This document shows positions 30,872-41,764 of a stretch of DNA of 64,000 nt, piece after piece. Numbering within the stretch: position 1 is the stretch's first letter; each line of letters starts with the position of its first letter. Source of the stretch: Promethearchaeota archaeon (lineage in GTDB: Archaea > Asgardarchaeota > Lokiarchaeia > Sigyniarchaeales > SOKP01); assembly GCA_029838195.1 (NCBI GenBank), contig JALGVJ010000008.1, forward strand, positions 70,132 through 134,131, written 5' to 3'. The position numbers were made by a program, and so were the translations under genes. The notes beneath the pieces were generated by a model. That model did no database searches and was not told the origin of the DNA. It saw only the letters and a program-made list of their open reading frames with translations.

Positions 30872-31687
30872 ATGCCTATTAAATCTATTAATCAAGATAA
30901 ATGTACGGCATGCTTGCAATGTTATAAAGATTGCCCCGCTTCATGCTTTGTTTTAAATGAGGATAAAAACCAAGTAATTTATGATAAACGGCAATCATGC
31001 ATTCTCTGTGGCCATTGCATTGCTATTTGTCCACATGATGCGATAAATTATAAAAATCTAAAAGATGAGCCAATTACCTTTCAAGGAGTGCAAAATCCGC
31101 AAGAGTTAATTCCATATAAAACTTTACACGAATTTCTCATGGCAAAAAGATCCATCAGGCAATATAAAAAGAAAAAAGTTCCAAAAAACGACTTAGATAA
31201 AATATTAAATACCATGCGATATGCCCCCACTGCGTCGAACGTTCGAAGTTTAAAATGCCGCATCATTTCTAATGAGAAAAAAATCAAGGAATTATCTGAG
31301 GCCATCGTGAATGCACTATTATCCTCTCCCAACGTGCCGAAATTGTATAAAAACGTGTTAAAGCGAAGATTAGATTACCACGATGATATTATTTTTTACG
31401 AAGCTCCTCACATCATTATTGTGCATTCACAAAATCTTTCGGACATGACCAACGCAACGATTTGCATTACATACGGAATGCTCGCAGCGCAAACCTTGGG
31501 ATTGGGCACGTGTTGGATTGGATTAGCCTTTGAAGTCTTACGTTCTGATAAAAAAATACGGACAGAACTAGCAGGAATTTTGGATAAAGTGCTTGGAGTT
31601 TTCACCTTAGGGTATTCTGAAACTAAGTATTACAGAACCCCGCCCCGACCTCCCCTCAAAGTAGAGGGATTAGAAGAATTAGATTAG
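30872..31687 (+). CDS. Nitroreductase with N-terminal 2x[4Fe-4S] ferredoxin domain
   Basis: CTACLQCYKDCP, CILCGHCIAICP, KRSIRQY, APTASN, GLGTCWIG; GAGGTGA SD upstream of ATG 30872. Confidence 0.9.
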   Translation: MPIKSINQDKCTACLQCYKDCPASCFVLNEDKNQVIYDKRQSCILCGHCIAICPHDAINYKNLKDEPITFQGVQNPQELIPYKTLHEFLMAKRSIRQYKKKKVPKNDLDKILNTMRYAPTASNVRSLKCRIISNEKKIKELSEAIVNALLSSPNVPKLYKNVLKRRLDYHDDIIFYEAPHIIIVHSQNLSDMTNATICITYGMLAAQTLGLGTCWIGLAFEVLRSDKKIRTELAGILDKVLGVFTLGYSETKYYRTPPRPPLKVEGLEELD

Positions 31688-31772
31688 GACTCACGTGAAG
31701 AAGAATATTCAAGCTGAATTAGACTCGGTACAAGTGGATTTTTAAATACAAAAAAATGCTAATTAACAAAAT

Positions 31773-31925
31773 TTACAAAGCAACTTCTTCATTTACTTGA
31801 ATAACTCCTTTTCCCCCACAAGCATCGCATTTTTTTTCAGCCGTATTGAAAAAAATACCATTCCACATATATCCTATTTTAATATATCCCATTCCATTAC
31901 ATTTTTTACATTTTTTTAGAGCCAT
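31773..31925 (-). CDS. 50-aa DnaJ-type zinc-finger microprotein (not in ORF track)
   Basis: MALKKCKKCNGMGYIKIGYMWNGIFFNTAEKKCDACGGKGVIQVNEEVAL; two CxxCxGxG repeats; GAGG SD upstream. Confidence 0.8.
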   Translation of the reverse strand: MALKKCKKCNGMGYIKIGYMWNGIFFNTAEKKCDACGGKGVIQVNEEVAL

Positions 31926-32059
31926 TTTTATTTCCTCTTTTTCTTAAAAATTTAATAAATCTTAATTGAGAAATATAGACGATTCTAATTAGATTGAAAG
32001 AAATTATAAATTTCATGTTTAAGAGAATGTGTTATATTTACCTCATCTTTCTCGGAACT

Positions 32060-33412
32060 TTAAAGTCTTGAGATGTATCGTTCTCGTTCCCATTCTGACA
32101 CGTTGATTCGGTATGCATCAAATTCTTCCAATTTAGCATAATAATAATTCTTCCATGCCTCTTCTCCAAAAACTTCTCGCATGAGATCAGATTGACGGAA
32201 TTCATTCAATGCTTCTCGTAAACTGCCCGGTAGTGAATCTATACCCGCTTTTTCAAGGTCTTTAGTTGAGAAATTGTACACATTCTTATCCGTTGGCTTA
32301 GGGATCTTAATATCATCTCTCATCAGCCCGTCGAGGCCGGTAGCTAAAAGAACTGCGAATTGTAAATAAGGATTTCCGGCGGGGTCTGGGCATCTAATTT
32401 CACACCTCGCTGCAGAAGGTTTTTTGTGGAAATCCGGGACACGGATCAAGGGAGAGCGATTTCTAAAGCCCCATGCCACGTAAACAGGTGCTTCATAACC
32501 CGGTACTAGTCGCTTATACGAATTGGGCCAGCTATTCAACACCGCACACATGGCTTTCGCATGCAATAATTGCCCGGCGATCCATTTCTTCATCGTGAAT
32601 GAAATACAATTCGGGTCAGATTCATCATAAAATACATTTTTTCCGTCTTTCCATAAACTTTGGTGGCAGTGCATGCCCGATCCGTTTATTCCGGGGAAAG
32701 GCTTGGGCATGAACGTGGCGACCATGTTATTCTGAGCAGCAACCGTTTTTATGATGGTTTTAATGGTAACAGTTTTGTCTGCCGCGTTTACCGCTAAATC
32801 ATATCTAAAATCCACTTCATGCTGACTATAAGCAACCTCATGGTGCAAAGACTCAATTTCAATTCCCATGGCATCACAATATTGAGCTATCAAGTATCTC
32901 ATTTGCTCATTGATATCATACGGATCATAGTCAAAATAACCTCGCATGTCTGATGGTTTATACACGTGCTTCGTATCTTGATTCAGAATGAAGAATTCCA
33001 TTTCAGGGGCACAGTAGTAAGTATATCCCATCTGTTCAGCCTTATCCACGGCTTTTTGCAATATATAGCGTGGATCGCCCTCATATCGCTCGCCATTTGG
33101 CTTATATATGTCACAGATGAAGCGAGCCACTTTATTATTGGTCCGCCATGGGAGTAAACTGAAGGTAGTTGGGTCAGGAATAGCTATCTTATCGCTTTCT
33201 TCAATTGCTCCATAACCTGTAATGGATGAGCCATCAAAATTTTCACCATCTTTCAAAAAATCTTCGATGCGCTTGGAATTTATCTCGAAACTTTTTATAA
33301 TTCCGTGGATGTCTGTAAATTGAAGGTAAATAAATTTTATGTCCTCTTCCTTGACCTTTTCGATCACTTCTTCGCAAATCTCCTTTCTTTTAGGATCTTT
33401 TAATTTGATCAT
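32060..33412 (-). CDS. glnA: Glutamine synthetase type I
   Basis: FDGSSI, HHEVA..QHE, ATFMPKP, NGSGMHCHQS, SYKRLVPGYEAP, EIRCPDP. Confidence 0.97.
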   Translation of the reverse strand: MIKLKDPKRKEICEEVIEKVKEEDIKFIYLQFTDIHGIIKSFEINSKRIEDFLKDGENFDGSSITGYGAIEESDKIAIPDPTTFSLLPWRTNNKVARFICDIYKPNGERYEGDPRYILQKAVDKAEQMGYTYYCAPEMEFFILNQDTKHVYKPSDMRGYFDYDPYDINEQMRYLIAQYCDAMGIEIESLHHEVAYSQHEVDFRYDLAVNAADKTVTIKTIIKTVAAQNNMVATFMPKPFPGINGSGMHCHQSLWKDGKNVFYDESDPNCISFTMKKWIAGQLLHAKAMCAVLNSWPNSYKRLVPGYEAPVYVAWGFRNRSPLIRVPDFHKKPSAARCEIRCPDPAGNPYLQFAVLLATGLDGLMRDDIKIPKPTDKNVYNFSTKDLEKAGIDSLPGSLREALNEFRQSDLMREVFGEEAWKNYYYAKLEEFDAYRINVSEWERERYISRL

Positions 33413-33675
33413 TTTTTTTCTTATTTTCTTCTTAATTGTTTTAATAAACCATCTTACTTATCATCATATAATGTACTATCCTTAATAAACAGTGACTATT
33501 TGTCCATTGATATAACCGAAAAATATATAAATGATCAAAATCACGACAAAATCACTTACAAATTATCTCTTCACACTTTTATTTCAAATGTAAAGGATTT
33601 TTAAATAAACATTTGATTATAAAATTTGAAAAATGATTAACATTTATTTAATTATTATAACCCTACTATAAATAT

Positions 33676-34167
33676 ATGAATAAGCCCATGGAGATAGAGG
33701 AAATTGATATAGAAATCTTGAAAAAACTTAGTGTAAATAGCCGTAAATCTTATCGAAAATTGGCGAAAGAATTAGAAAAATCACCAATGACCATTAAAAA
33801 GCACGTCGAGAATTTAGAACAGAAAGGAATTATAAAAAATTATGGTATTACCATTGATTACGAGAAACTGGGATATGATATTATAGCTTTAATTGAGTTG
33901 ACAATCTCTGAAGGCGATATGATAAAAATAGAACAAGAAATTGCCGATGATCCCCATGTATTTGCGGTGTACGATCTGACCGGGACTTACGATTCCATCA
34001 TTCTTGTGAGAATTAAATCGAGATCAGACCTGAATAAATTAGTGAAACGAATTAATAACATGAAAGCAGTTGTTCGGACTAATACGCATTTAATCTTAAA
34101 TGTCATTAAAGAAGGTACGGATCTTGCCAAACTCATGGAAATGGATATTTTAAACAAGGAATCCTAA
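33676..34167 (+). CDS. Lrp/AsnC transcriptional regulator, divergent from glnA
   Basis: N-terminal HTH (NSRKSYRKLAKEL), IDYEKLGY, VYDLTGTYD. Confidence 0.92.
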   Translation: MNKPMEIEEIDIEILKKLSVNSRKSYRKLAKELEKSPMTIKKHVENLEQKGIIKNYGITIDYEKLGYDIIALIELTISEGDMIKIEQEIADDPHVFAVYDLTGTYDSIILVRIKSRSDLNKLVKRINNMKAVVRTNTHLILNVIKEGTDLAKLMEMDILNKES

Positions 34168-34307
34168 TTCTTCGAGCGTGTTCGATTTGATCAAAAACAA
34201 AATGGAAAAGAAAATAAGATTAAATTATTTTATTAAATTTAAAAAAGGCAAGGTTTAAATGATATTAATTTTATTATAATTTAGAATTATCTATTTAGAG
34301 ATGCGTA

Positions 34308-35054
34308 ATGCTAATAGGAATCGAACAATTTACTGAATTGGACATAATACGAGCTTGGTTTTCTTTATTATTTGTACTATTTTCCATAATCATTGGACTC
34401 CGGATTTTAATCAAATATAGGGCATTTAAAAGAAAGGAATTAATTACTGTGGGATTGACGTGGATCTTTTTAAGCAGCCCATGGTGGCCATTGCCCCTTA
34501 CCTTCATTCTGGCGTTTGTTTTTAACTCTGGATTAGACCCCTTAGTGTATCGGTATTTAATGTCGGCATTTATTCCTTTTGTATTAATCTGTTGGATTTA
34601 TTCCATCAATGCCATTGTATATTCGGGAAAAAAGAGAAATCTATTATATGCGTATCTAATAACATGTATTGGATACTCTGCCGTGTATCATGCATTATTT
34701 TTCATCAATCCGGATTGGATTAGCGTATATAGTGGAGGATTTCAATTCAATTATACACTCTTCGTTTATTTCATCTTCATTTTTACCCTGCTCTCTGCCT
34801 TCATTACTGGATTTATCTTTGCATTAGAATCCGTGAGATCGCAAAACATTACCGTTCGGTGGAAAGGTAGATTCTTCTTTTTAGCTCTTTTAATTTTTAT
34901 AAGTGGAGCGTTAATGGATACATTCAGTTTTGGAAGTATTATAATTCAAACTATTGCTCGAATCGTTCTTACTATCTCTTCCCTTTTCTATTATCTTGGC
35001 TTCTTCTTACCGAAAAAATTAGAAGAACTTTTAGCAAAGAAAGACTCTACATGA
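34308..35054 (+). CDS. Multi-pass membrane protein of unknown function
   Basis: About 7 hydrophobic segments. Confidence 0.7.
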   Translation: MLIGIEQFTELDIIRAWFSLLFVLFSIIIGLRILIKYRAFKRKELITVGLTWIFLSSPWWPLPLTFILAFVFNSGLDPLVYRYLMSAFIPFVLICWIYSINAIVYSGKKRNLLYAYLITCIGYSAVYHALFFINPDWISVYSGGFQFNYTLFVYFIFIFTLLSAFITGFIFALESVRSQNITVRWKGRFFFLALLIFISGALMDTFSFGSIIIQTIARIVLTISSLFYYLGFFLPKKLEELLAKKDST

Positions 35055-35278
35055 AACTATTCATTTCATTTAAAATCCCTTACATAATTTATTTTTTTTT
35101 CCCCTTTTTTCCTTATTTTTCTCTTTTTTTCCTTTCATTTAATGCCTCAATTGGAGGGAATAATTATTTTCCTCCTTAGATTTTAAACTTCTTTAATATG
35201 AATTCATTTGTTAGAACAATCGTGAATGCTAAGAATATAGAAGATACATTTAAATCAATTTAATTTATCAAGAGGATA

Positions 35279-36109
35279 ATGAATGAGATCGAATTTTTCA
35301 GCTTAATTTTAATGTTTTTCATTAGACTATTAGGGATTTTATTTTCTTTGGAATTCTACATGGATTCAAAAATGCTTCGGTATAAATTTTTCATGCTGGG
35401 ATGGTTTTTTTTAATGCTGGGGGGAGTGTTTCCGTTTTTGAGTACTAATGAGAATGCATTTGTTATTATTAATTTCTTTTCGTTTCTTAATAATTTTTTT
35501 ACCCATGTGGGAGGAGTATTTTTAACGCTAGCTTTCTTATCTTATTTTATTAAATTTAACTTATTCAAAGCGTCCCTCATCGCATTAGTAATATCGGGCG
35601 GACCAATTATACTACTATTCATGATGATAACAAGTTTTTCTCCTAATTTTTTATTTATCATGATCGTAGCGATCCATTCGTATATTTTACTAATTTTAAT
35701 GACAAGTAGAAAAAGAAAACTACTCTCTGTTAAAAGAAGCATGTATTGGTTCTTCGTTTTATTGTTTTTTGGAATCGCTCACGTTCTCAATTCCATCACT
35801 TATTTATTCACTTCTCATGAAAATATTACGACCAAAGAAATAATTTATTATTTCTTCTCGGTAAATTTAATGGTCTTGCTCTTGCTCTTTTTTATCCATT
35901 TAGAGCACGAAATTTCGACTAATCAGAAATTAGATTTAAAAGACAAGTATTCTCATTCGTTAGGCAATGAACTTCAAGCGATTCTTAGCGGGATTGAATT
36001 AATTGAATTAAAAAAGGAAACGAGCGTTCAAAGTCAAGAATCCATCAAAATAATAAAAAATAAAGTAATAGAAGCATCTAAATTCTTAGAAGAAATAAGA
36101 AAACTTTAA
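35279..36109 (+). CDS. Membrane protein ending in a HisKA-like helical hairpin, no ATPase domain
   Basis: About 7 TM then LKDKYSHSLGNELQAI H-box-like segment; ends EIRKL. Confidence 0.6.
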   Translation: MNEIEFFSLILMFFIRLLGILFSLEFYMDSKMLRYKFFMLGWFFLMLGGVFPFLSTNENAFVIINFFSFLNNFFTHVGGVFLTLAFLSYFIKFNLFKASLIALVISGGPIILLFMMITSFSPNFLFIMIVAIHSYILLILMTSRKRKLLSVKRSMYWFFVLLFFGIAHVLNSITYLFTSHENITTKEIIYYFFSVNLMVLLLLFFIHLEHEISTNQKLDLKDKYSHSLGNELQAILSGIELIELKKETSVQSQESIKIIKNKVIEASKFLEEIRKL

Positions 36110-36142
36110 TTTAGAAAATTTTTATTGGCATTTCTATCTCAA

Positions 36143-37549
36143 TCAGGGGTATTCAACCTTAAAGGTGGGAAATTCCTTTACTGCCACTTTTTTTTGTTTC
36201 CATAATCGCTGGGCTCCCGCAACCCATTCATCAAATTTCGTTGGAGTTTCCGGATATTTTTCATAATATTTTTTTATTTTCCCCGCTAAAAAGTTCGCAT
36301 GTAATAATTGCTTGACGTGCTTATATGATAATCTTCTTTTTAATAAACCTGCCACTAATTTTATCGAAAAATTAAGCATTTCCCCTAACGACATCTCCTG
36401 CTCATATTCCTTGTTCGGTTCCGGTAATTCCTCCTCGTCATCCCCTCCGCTCTTATATATCATCTCTTTTTCGAGAAGGTAATTCCATTCTTTTTCTGAC
36501 ATGTTCAATATTCCTGATAATTGGGTCAAGAGACCCGCAAATTTCGCCCCTTGATCGCGGAAATAGTTCACGTTAATATCCCAGAGTAAGTCTTTCGAAA
36601 TGTATCCGTTTTGTTTAAGTGCCTTGTCCAAGACCTCTGCAACAATTTTGCATAAGTTCCAAGTAGCCGTGACGCCGTGTCCCGTGAAAGGATACGTAAT
36701 GCAAGCCGCATCTCCAATGCAAACAAAACCATCACTCACTAATGAGAACGGAGGCCGCCTATAAGGCGTGATACCTTGTTCTTTTTTAATGATTTCGTAA
36801 GGAGGGAAGTTTGCTTTTTGGAGTAATATTTCTCTTGCTTTTCTCGCATTTTCATACGAGCCTCCTTGACCAATACCAAGAATTGCGCCATCTTTCGTGA
36901 AAGAAGGCCCAAACCATGCTTGATAATAGATATAAGAATTTTCCACGGAAGGATGCGGTTTTTTCGGTTCTTTCCATTTAATATATTGTAAAAGCACGTA
37001 CATTACATCATGGGGGCCCAATTTGAAAGTTTCCACCCCATAATCTTCTGGCAGAGACGTTCGCACTACAGCCGCGGTTCCAGAAGCATCAATTATGGTT
37101 CTAAACCGAAATTCCACTTCTTTTCCTCCCGTTTCAGCAAAGCATCCCACAATTTTATTATCTTTGAATAGTAGCTTTTTAAATGAATGGCTGAATTTCA
37201 AAATAACACCATCCTTCTCGATTAATTCATACATTCTTTGAAGGAACGGCGATAATCGCATGATTGTTTGATACGCCTGGACGGTTATTCTCGTTTTAAA
37301 ATCGGGTGAATTAATAGTGGAGCGGATAAATGTTCCTAAATATTCAGGCATGCCCTCTTTCGGCATCGGAATTCCGGAATTTTCAAACCGATCGGTTTCA
37401 AAATGAATCACATCTAATCGTTTACCCACCTCATTTCGGGCATCTTTATCCAATACGATTACGGAATGCCCTTTTTTTGCCAATAGCCAACTCATGTAGG
37501 TGCCTGCCGTACCGGCTCCCACGATGAGCACGTCTGATTTTTCTACCAT
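36143..37549 (-). CDS. FAD-dependent oxidoreductase (geranylgeranyl reductase-like)
   Basis: DVLIVGAGTAG, IIDASG, IGDAAC..PFTGHG. Confidence 0.8.
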   Translation of the reverse strand: MVEKSDVLIVGAGTAGTYMSWLLAKKGHSVIVLDKDARNEVGKRLDVIHFETDRFENSGIPMPKEGMPEYLGTFIRSTINSPDFKTRITVQAYQTIMRLSPFLQRMYELIEKDGVILKFSHSFKKLLFKDNKIVGCFAETGGKEVEFRFRTIIDASGTAAVVRTSLPEDYGVETFKLGPHDVMYVLLQYIKWKEPKKPHPSVENSYIYYQAWFGPSFTKDGAILGIGQGGSYENARKAREILLQKANFPPYEIIKKEQGITPYRRPPFSLVSDGFVCIGDAACITYPFTGHGVTATWNLCKIVAEVLDKALKQNGYISKDLLWDINVNYFRDQGAKFAGLLTQLSGILNMSEKEWNYLLEKEMIYKSGGDDEEELPEPNKEYEQEMSLGEMLNFSIKLVAGLLKRRLSYKHVKQLLHANFLAGKIKKYYEKYPETPTKFDEWVAGAQRLWKQKKVAVKEFPTFKVEYP

Positions 37550-38118
37550 GTTATTAAATCATTCCTTTCATGTGTTATGATATTTATTAAGTAAGAGAAG
37601 CGTATTTCTTAAATTCTTGGATTTTTATAATACATTAAAATTCTTAGCGTTTTTGCATTCAATAATTGAATGAAGCGACATGTACATGGTTTTTTATCAT
37701 TCACTTAGGTTATCATTGAAAAAATTTAATCGAAAGTAATGCAAGTAATTTATATATTAAAAAGATATAATTATTCGATTTTTCATTAAATTAGTTATAT
37801 CTGTTTAATGGGTAGCTTTTCCCACTATTCCTGGTAGAAGATAATCGATGATGGAAAAAAAAAAGAGAGGATTTGGATTTCTTGAAATTTTTTATGAGTG
37901 AAGAGTGTAATGAAAAAATCGGAAAAAAAGTATCAAAATTGAAAAATGTTCACATATTAATTAATTTTGAAAAACAAACCTTCAATAATTATACTAACTA
38001 TATTAACTATACTCAAAACTTACCCAAAAAATTTAAACAAAATTAAAAATTAAATCATAATAGAATAATATAATAAATATAATTTTTAAAAGAAGATACA
38101 AATTTGGAGGTAATTTAG

Positions 38119-39768
38119 ATTACAAAATTTAATTTGATTACCCACAGATCCAGTATGATCGGGGCAATGACTCGAGTTGAAGACTCATGCGAGAGCGGAC
38201 TATGCCCCATTTGTATTGCGGATTGTCCCGTGTGGTGCGAGGTTAGTAAAAGCGCATTACGTGGAAGAGAAGTGCTTTATCCTCTCAGGCAGCATTTTGG
38301 CAATTCTACAGCAGGGACTCCGAAAGATTTTGGATTTAGTTATGGCGATTTCCAAATCATGTTCGAATGTCGAGGTGCGCAAGGGCTTGATGGAGTTAAT
38401 GAAGATACCGTAATCTTTCCCAATGTTGATCTCACGTCAAAATGGGGAAATGTTGAGCAAAAGCTTCCGATTGTAATTGCTGGATTGGGAAGTACTTACG
38501 TGGCTAAGAGAAATTGGGAAGGTTTAGCCAAAGGAGCAGCGCTGGCGGGGGTTAGCTTGACTATTGGTGAAAATGTTGTAGGAATGGATCCTAACGCCAC
38601 TTTTGAAAATACTCGACCTTATCCTAAGGTCGTGGATACAGAGGATATGAAATATAGAGTAGAATCGTACAGGGTTTTCTGGGATGGCAAGCACGGTGAT
38701 ATTATTGTTCAGAAAAACGTAGAAGACACGCGATTAGGCGTGTTTGATTATGTAATGTCAAAGCTGGATGTAAATTCATTAGAAATAAAGTTTGGCCAAG
38801 GAGCGAAAGCAATAGGGGGTGAAGTAAGGTTAGATACAATTGAACGTGCGAAATTATTACAAGAACGGGGCTATTTAGTCATTCCTGATCCGAGTGATCA
38901 TATAGTCCAAGAGCAATATAAAGCTGGACTCATCATGGATTTTGAGAGACATTCACGGGTGGGATTAGCCTCGACGGAAGAAGTTTTGGAAGAAATAGAC
39001 CAATTGAGGGAGAAAGGAGCAAAGAACATTTTCATAAAAACGGGAGCCTATAGACCCGCGGCAACTGCATGGATCATAAGAATAGGGGTAGAAGGAAAGG
39101 TGGACGGTATGACTTTTGATGGTGCTGGAGGCGGAACTGGCATGTCTCCTGTAAGTATGATGAATGAGGGCTCAATTCCTACGGCATACTTGGAGGCTCT
39201 CGTGGTAGGATGTCTTGACATGATAAAAAGAAAGAATCCAAATGCTCGAATTCCCTCTATTGCAATAGCAGGAGGGTTCGCAAATGAAACGCAGATTTTC
39301 AAGGCATTAGCTATGGGGGCTCCTTATGTATCATGTATAGCAATGGCAAGAGCGCCCATTACTGCAGCTATGAAGGCTAGATACGCTGGAGAAATGATCA
39401 AACATAAAAATGTTTCACCCGCCATGTTAAAAAATCTTGGTTTTCCTTCCAATAAGGATCCGGAATCTTTAACTTTAAGAGAAGCGTTCTTGGAATATGA
39501 TTATTTGGAGAAAAAATATCCAAATAAAGAGATTCCTCCTGCTGCCATTGGCGTATATACGTATTTTTCCAGCAAGTTAGGTATTGGTTTAAAACAGTTG
39601 TTAGCGGGGGCGCGGAAATTTAAATTGAATTTAATTGATAGAGAGGATATTGCGTGCATATCTCAGCGTGCTGTTGACGTTTGTAAGAAATGGAGTTTAG
39701 GCATTTCAGCCATGGAAGATTTGGATATGGAATTGGTGAAAAAAGAAATTTATTCAGGAAATTACTAA
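38119..39768 (+). CDS. FMN-binding glutamate synthase family protein
   Basis: CPICIADC..CEV cysteine cluster, EIKFGQGAKAIGGE, KTGAYRP, DGAGGGTGMSP, AGG, KALAMGAP; proposed ATT start at 38119 (ORF track uses TTG 38134). Confidence 0.9.
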   Translation: MTKFNLITHRSSMIGAMTRVEDSCESGLCPICIADCPVWCEVSKSALRGREVLYPLRQHFGNSTAGTPKDFGFSYGDFQIMFECRGAQGLDGVNEDTVIFPNVDLTSKWGNVEQKLPIVIAGLGSTYVAKRNWEGLAKGAALAGVSLTIGENVVGMDPNATFENTRPYPKVVDTEDMKYRVESYRVFWDGKHGDIIVQKNVEDTRLGVFDYVMSKLDVNSLEIKFGQGAKAIGGEVRLDTIERAKLLQERGYLVIPDPSDHIVQEQYKAGLIMDFERHSRVGLASTEEVLEEIDQLREKGAKNIFIKTGAYRPAATAWIIRIGVEGKVDGMTFDGAGGGTGMSPVSMMNEGSIPTAYLEALVVGCLDMIKRKNPNARIPSIAIAGGFANETQIFKALAMGAPYVSCIAMARAPITAAMKARYAGEMIKHKNVSPAMLKNLGFPSNKDPESLTLREAFLEYDYLEKKYPNKEIPPAAIGVYTYFSSKLGIGLKQLLAGARKFKLNLIDREDIACISQRAVDVCKKWSLGISAMEDLDMELVKKEIYSGNY

Positions 39769-39960
39769 AGAATTATATTTTTATTTTTATTTTTTTTCCT
39801 TCATTGTAGGAAGCTTGGTTTACTTTTTTTACTAGGATTTAAAGCTCTTTGATGGAAATTTGGGAATTTCCTCACATTAAGGGCCTATTGATGTTTAAGA
39901 AAAGGACGATTAAAGGAAAAAAGAAGGAAGGTGTGATTTAAATGGATGCTTCTATCATGT

Positions 39961-41520
39961 TTATTCGTATTCGATTGTCCCGGGGGGTTTATTTGTAATG
40001 TCGTATAAAACCCTATTAAACCCTTTTACCTCATTAATGATACGAGTTGCTATTTTATCCAGTAATTCCCAATCGAGTTTAGCGAAATTAGCCGTCATGG
40101 CGTCTTTTGATTGGACGGCTCGAATGGAACAAATATTTTCATAGGTTCTATAATCTCCCATGATGCCCACGGTTTTCACGGGGATGAACACGCAAAAAAT
40201 TTGCCATAACTCGTTATAAAGTCCGGCTTTTTTAATTTCTTCTATTAAAATGTGATCTGCTTCTCGTAAAGTATCTAATTTATGTTTATCGACGGCTCCA
40301 AGGCATCGTACCGCAAGGCCTGGACCCGGAAAAGGATGTCGATTGATGAGTTCCTCATCCAAACCTAATTTTAATCCAATTTTCCTTACTTCGTCTTTAT
40401 AAAGATCTTTCAAGGGTTCTAAAAGTTCTAATTTCATGTTTGAAGGGAGGGTAACGTTATGATGAGATTTAATTTTTGCTGCGACCTTGCTCGTGGCTGC
40501 AGTTTCTACTCTATCGGGATAAATGGTCCCTTGTGCCAGGAATTTAATATCCGGATATAATTGTTCTAATTCTTTAGTGGTTTGCTCGAACAGTTCAATG
40601 AAGGAATGACCAATAATTTTCCGCTTTTCTTCCGGATCTTCGATGTTTTTTAATTTATTGAGAAAAAAATCTTCTGCATCGATGTAATGAAAATTTTTAA
40701 AGCCTAATTTTTTTTTAAATCTTTCTTGAACTTCCTCGGCTTCATTTTTACGTAATAACCCGTTATTTACGAAAATACAATGGAGGCGATCGTTCAATGC
40801 TTTATGAAGAAGTATGGCCGTGACGGAAGAATCCACTCCTCCGCTGACACCTAAAATCACTCGATTTTTAGGACCAACTTTTTGCTTAATCCAATTAATT
40901 GTATTTTCAATCCAATTTCCTAATTTCCATTCCTTCTTGCATTGGGCGATGGTGGATATAAAATTTTCTAATATCACGGGTCCCTTTAACGTATGAACCA
41001 CTTCAGGATGAAATTGTACACCAAAAATGGATTGATCCTTATTTTCGTAAGCTGCAATGGGACAAGTATCCGTAGTGGCGAGAATTTTAAATCCCTTAGG
41101 CAGTTGCCGGATTTGATCGCCGTGCGACATCCATACGGTTTCTTCCGAATCTAAAGATTGGAACAATGAATCCGCATGAAGCACGTTTAAAGTAGTCCTT
41201 CCATATTCTTTTCTTTCGTGAGGTTCAATTTTTCCTCCTAAAAGCTGAATGATGAGGTGGTGGCCGTAGCAGATCCCCAAGAGAGGTATTTTTTTCTTGA
41301 GAATGAACTCAAATACATCCTTTTTTACTTTAGGACTATTCGGTTCATACACGCTGTCAGGACCACCAGAGAAAATAATCCCCTTCGGCGAAATTTTTTC
41401 AATTTTGTCTAAATCCGTGTCATGAGGTAAAATTTCCGCATATACGCTCAGATCTCTAATACGCCGAGAGATTAAATGGCAATATTGTCCGCCAAAATCT
41501 AAAACAAGAATAGTATCCAT
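39961..41520 (-). CDS. guaA: GMP synthase (glutamine-hydrolysing)
   Basis: LDFGGQY, GICYG, QFHPEV, SGGVDS, IKSHHNV, RHPFPGPGLA, KPPGTIEYE. Confidence 0.97.
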   Translation of the reverse strand: MDTILVLDFGGQYCHLISRRIRDLSVYAEILPHDTDLDKIEKISPKGIIFSGGPDSVYEPNSPKVKKDVFEFILKKKIPLLGICYGHHLIIQLLGGKIEPHERKEYGRTTLNVLHADSLFQSLDSEETVWMSHGDQIRQLPKGFKILATTDTCPIAAYENKDQSIFGVQFHPEVVHTLKGPVILENFISTIAQCKKEWKLGNWIENTINWIKQKVGPKNRVILGVSGGVDSSVTAILLHKALNDRLHCIFVNNGLLRKNEAEEVQERFKKKLGFKNFHYIDAEDFFLNKLKNIEDPEEKRKIIGHSFIELFEQTTKELEQLYPDIKFLAQGTIYPDRVETAATSKVAAKIKSHHNVTLPSNMKLELLEPLKDLYKDEVRKIGLKLGLDEELINRHPFPGPGLAVRCLGAVDKHKLDTLREADHILIEEIKKAGLYNELWQIFCVFIPVKTVGIMGDYRTYENICSIRAVQSKDAMTANFAKLDWELLDKIATRIINEVKGFNRVLYDITNKPPGTIEYE

Positions 41521-41764
41521 ATCAAGTCTAATTGAAAGTTCAAGAGTGATTAATTTAATTTATCAAACAATCATGCATTATAAACTATTTTTTTATTTTT
41601 AGATTAATATTAAGCGTGCTCAAGAAAAATAAGCATTCATGAAAAATTAATTTTCCCGTATATTCACATGATTTTTTTGTTTCAAATAATTTAATTAGAA
41701 CAAAGAAAAGTTATAGTACGTTTTTTTTCAAAACTATGGCGTTTCATGAGGCGCACGGATTGCT

